Shown here in pieces: positions 61,615 to 64,000 of a DNA stretch of 64,000 nt. The DNA comes from Gammaproteobacteria bacterium (lineage in GTDB: Bacteria > Pseudomonadota > Gammaproteobacteria > Eutrophobiales > Eutrophobiaceae), in NCBI GenBank assembly GCA_965222155.1, contig CBDCTH010000012.1, positions 512,001-576,000 on the forward strand. The letters are read 5' to 3'. The notes under the pieces were generated by a model that was not told where the DNA came from, searched no databases, and saw nothing but the letters and a program-made list of their open reading frames with translations. Made by a program: the position numbers and the translations under genes. The first letter of the stretch is position 1. Every line of letters starts with the position of its first letter.

Positions 61615-63233
61615 AATTCTTGCAGGAGCATCAGCTGAAAATCACAACGCTGGCGCCAGTGCATATCGGTTGTGGTGAAGATTACACGCCGACTGATTAT
61701 GTCATTGACGACAAAACTCTGTTTGCGTTTGATAGTACCGCCATCAACGATGCTTTGCCTGAGAACGCCCGTAACCAATTGAAGAGTCTGGTCAGCGGCA
61801 ACCGACAAGATGACGTACTAAAACAGATACAACGCTTGTTCCATGAGCATCGCGAATCATTAATGACAAAGGCCAATCATTATCTATCCGTTGCCAGTGG
61901 TGTGGCTGATCTTTATGAACAGCGAATAGGACAGACAGCCAAGAGGGAAGATGATGGAAAAAGGGTTATCAACCAACTTCACATCGAACGTACTTTCTAC
62001 AACCCGACCAATCAGAGGCCGGTCATTCCCGGTAGCAGTTTGAAAGGCGCGATTCGCACTGCTCTGCTGAATGAGGTAAATAAAGGTCAGCCAGCAGATC
62101 AGAAGAATGAAAAACTACAGGAACATCTATTCAAATATCAAATGGGCAAATTAGAACGAGACCCCATGCGCCTTATTCATGTGGCGGATAGTAATAGTAT
62201 AGAAGATTATGATACAGTTCCAAGTAAGATCCGTTTTGCAGTCAATCGTCCCCGTCGAGAGCCGGCACAAGCCAAGGCAAGCCGTACAATGGCTGAAGAT
62301 AAAGGTCTTTATCAATTGCTTGAAACCCTGCCTGAATTAAGCTTACGCGGATACAGCAGCCATTTGACGATACAAACAGTCAGTCAGCTAAGGCAAAAAA
62401 ACCAACTGAAAGACAAATTACCGACAGATGATCTGTGCTGGACAATCAGGCAAATAGCACAAGCCTGCAATCAATTTTATCTGCCTTTGTTGGAGCAGGA
62501 AATAAAAATCATCGGACAAAGAAGATATGTCGAGCCTGCTTGTGAACAACGCATAGACAGGTTGCTTGTCAGCATCAGACCACTACTGGAATCAAATAAA
62601 GCAATGTTATTGCGTGTAGGACGGCATAGCGGCGCCGAAGCCGTTACATTAAATGGCGTGCGAAATATAAAAATAATGCGGGGTAAGGAAAAACAAGCCA
62701 AATCTGAACCACAACCCCGCACCTTATGGCTGGCTGCCGATGCGCAAGGCGCGCGCTCGGAAATGACGCCATTTGGCTGGTTACTGATCGAAATCGACCC
62801 GCCTGATAATCCCTCCGTTATCCTGAAGGAGTTAATCGGCCAGGCTGGTAATTCGCGGCAGCAATGGTTAAGAAAACAGCAGCATCGCATAACAGAATTA
62901 CAAGAGAAACTAACCCAGCGCAAGCAAGAGGAATTGGAAGAACAGCAAGCCGAACAGGAAAAACAACAGCGTCTTGCCTCCATGACTGAGGAAGAACGGG
63001 CTATAGAAGAATTAAAAACATGGTTTGATCAAGATCAGGCCAATAACAAACTCACTAATCAAGGCCGTGTCCCAGGTCGTTTGCATGAATTGATAACCGG
63101 CGCAAGCAACTGGCCTAAAGAAACGAGGATTACTTTATGTGATTTAGCGGAAACCATCTACCACCCTTTAGGAATGTTGAAAGGAAAAAAAGGAAAGGAG
63201 CGTAAAGCAAGAATCGAAAAATTAAGAGAATGA
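61611..63233 (+). CDS. csm5: Type III-A Csm5 with C-terminal extension
   Basis: PVHIGCG, IPGSSLKGAIRTA, RVGRHSG and PFGW. Confidence 0.93.
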   Translation: MKFLQEHQLKITTLAPVHIGCGEDYTPTDYVIDDKTLFAFDSTAINDALPENARNQLKSLVSGNRQDDVLKQIQRLFHEHRESLMTKANHYLSVASGVADLYEQRIGQTAKREDDGKRVINQLHIERTFYNPTNQRPVIPGSSLKGAIRTALLNEVNKGQPADQKNEKLQEHLFKYQMGKLERDPMRLIHVADSNSIEDYDTVPSKIRFAVNRPRREPAQAKASRTMAEDKGLYQLLETLPELSLRGYSSHLTIQTVSQLRQKNQLKDKLPTDDLCWTIRQIAQACNQFYLPLLEQEIKIIGQRRYVEPACEQRIDRLLVSIRPLLESNKAMLLRVGRHSGAEAVTLNGVRNIKIMRGKEKQAKSEPQPRTLWLAADAQGARSEMTPFGWLLIEIDPPDNPSVILKELIGQAGNSRQQWLRKQQHRITELQEKLTQRKQEELEEQQAEQEKQQRLASMTEEERAIEELKTWFDQDQANNKLTNQGRVPGRLHELITGASNWPKETRITLCDLAETIYHPLGMLKGKKGKERKARIEKLRE

Positions 63234-63440
63234 GTTATATCTTGGGTATGCTGAGCCAAGATGAAGCAGGAGAAGAAAAAGTGTGATGCCATTACCCGTA
63301 TTCATAGCGATTGATATGTACCTGTCGCTCGGTCTCCTCTCTTCCCTGCGTGGCCGCGAGTTCTTCGCCGAACAAATGAACGAGACTGGGGCCAGCTTGG
63401 GGGAGGCCCATATAATTCGCATCGAATCAGATATCTTTCC

Positions 63441-64000
63441 ATGCCCCATGCGTTAATCACGTTTCTTGGCCGCACTCCTAAAGAAAGCCAGGGCTACCAA
63501 CGGACTGTATATCACTTTCCCGATGGCTATAAAAGTGAGCCGACAGCATTTCTCGGCTGGACCCTGGCACAACGACTGCGACCAGACCGCGTAGTCGTGC
63601 TGGGCACTCAGGGCAGCATGTGGGATTTTCTTGCCGAGCAAGCGGATATCGCGGAGGAAAGCAACGAAGATGTCGTGGGGATTTGGCAGTCACTTTGTGA
63701 TGCAGTTCAGAACAGTTCGGTCGAAGCAGGGCTTCTACAGCGTGCTGAACCGTTGATAGCGAAGTATCTCAGGACTGAAGTTCAACTTCGCCTCATTCCT
63801 GACGGGTTCAGCGAGGCGAAACAACTTCAGCTGCTGGAGGTAATGGCTGGCGCTGCGGAGGAGTGTACTGAGCTTACTCTCGACGTTTCTCACGGCTTTC
63901 GCCACTTGCCCATGATTGCAGTGGTGGCTGGTGTCTATCTCCAGGCTGTTCGTAATATTCAGATTAGAGAGATCTGGTATGGGTTTTACAATCCAGATTC
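63441..64000 (+). CDS. TM1812/TIGR02221-type CARF protein (Csx1-like), truncated by the window end
   Basis: Not in the ORF track; manual translation MPHALITFLG..LGTQGSMWD..LDVSHGFRHLP gives a DxTHG-type motif. Confidence 0.88.
   Translation, partial: MPHALITFLGRTPKESQGYQRTVYHFPDGYKSEPTAFLGWTLAQRLRPDRVVVLGTQGSMWDFLAEQADIAEESNEDVVGIWQSLCDAVQNSSVEAGLLQRAEPLIAKYLRTEVQLRLIPDGFSEAKQLQLLEVMAGAAEECTELTLDVSHGFRHLPMIAVVAGVYLQAVRNIQIREIWYGFYNPD

Noticed and set aside
43700-64000. CRISPR array or cas1/cas2
   Set aside because: No regularly spaced 25-40 bp repeats with unique spacers were seen in any intergenic gap, and no Cas1 or Cas2 ORF

Overview
Chromosomal window of a Gammaproteobacterium (inferred from core gene order). 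The core backbone runs dciA-M23-secA-argJ...mutT/thiE fusion-zapD-coaE-pilD, clpB-pgeF-rluD, degS-hisD-hisG-murA-ibaG-mlaC and purN-pdxB-secF-secD-yajC. Three accessory blocks interrupt it. (1) 5.8-14.0 kb: an RTX/serralysin-like metalloprotease with FG-GAP repeats, a large orphan lipoprotein, a papain-like C1 protease and an IS remnant. (2) 21.9-26.0 kb: a GC-rich MmeI-like type IIL restriction-modification gene plus higBA. (3) 41.7 kb to the end: a decayed toxin-antitoxin (TA) cassette with an attC-like site, then a tandem type III CRISPR-Cas superlocus. That locus reads cas6, NE0113-type CARF protein, type III-B cmr1-6 with an MNT-HEPN pair coupled between cmr2 and cmr3, a Card1-like nuclease, type III-A csm1-5, and a TM1812-type CARF protein running off the end. 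No array or cas1/cas2 lies in the window. Main observations: a GCAAGCTTGC palindrome precedes all three cas transcription units; a decayed copy of the CARF gene 3' end sits in front of csm1; several small palindromic repeat families occur, two of them in frame inside proteins; and yajC is frameshifted at a G8 tract. All family calls come from motif recognition, not database searches.
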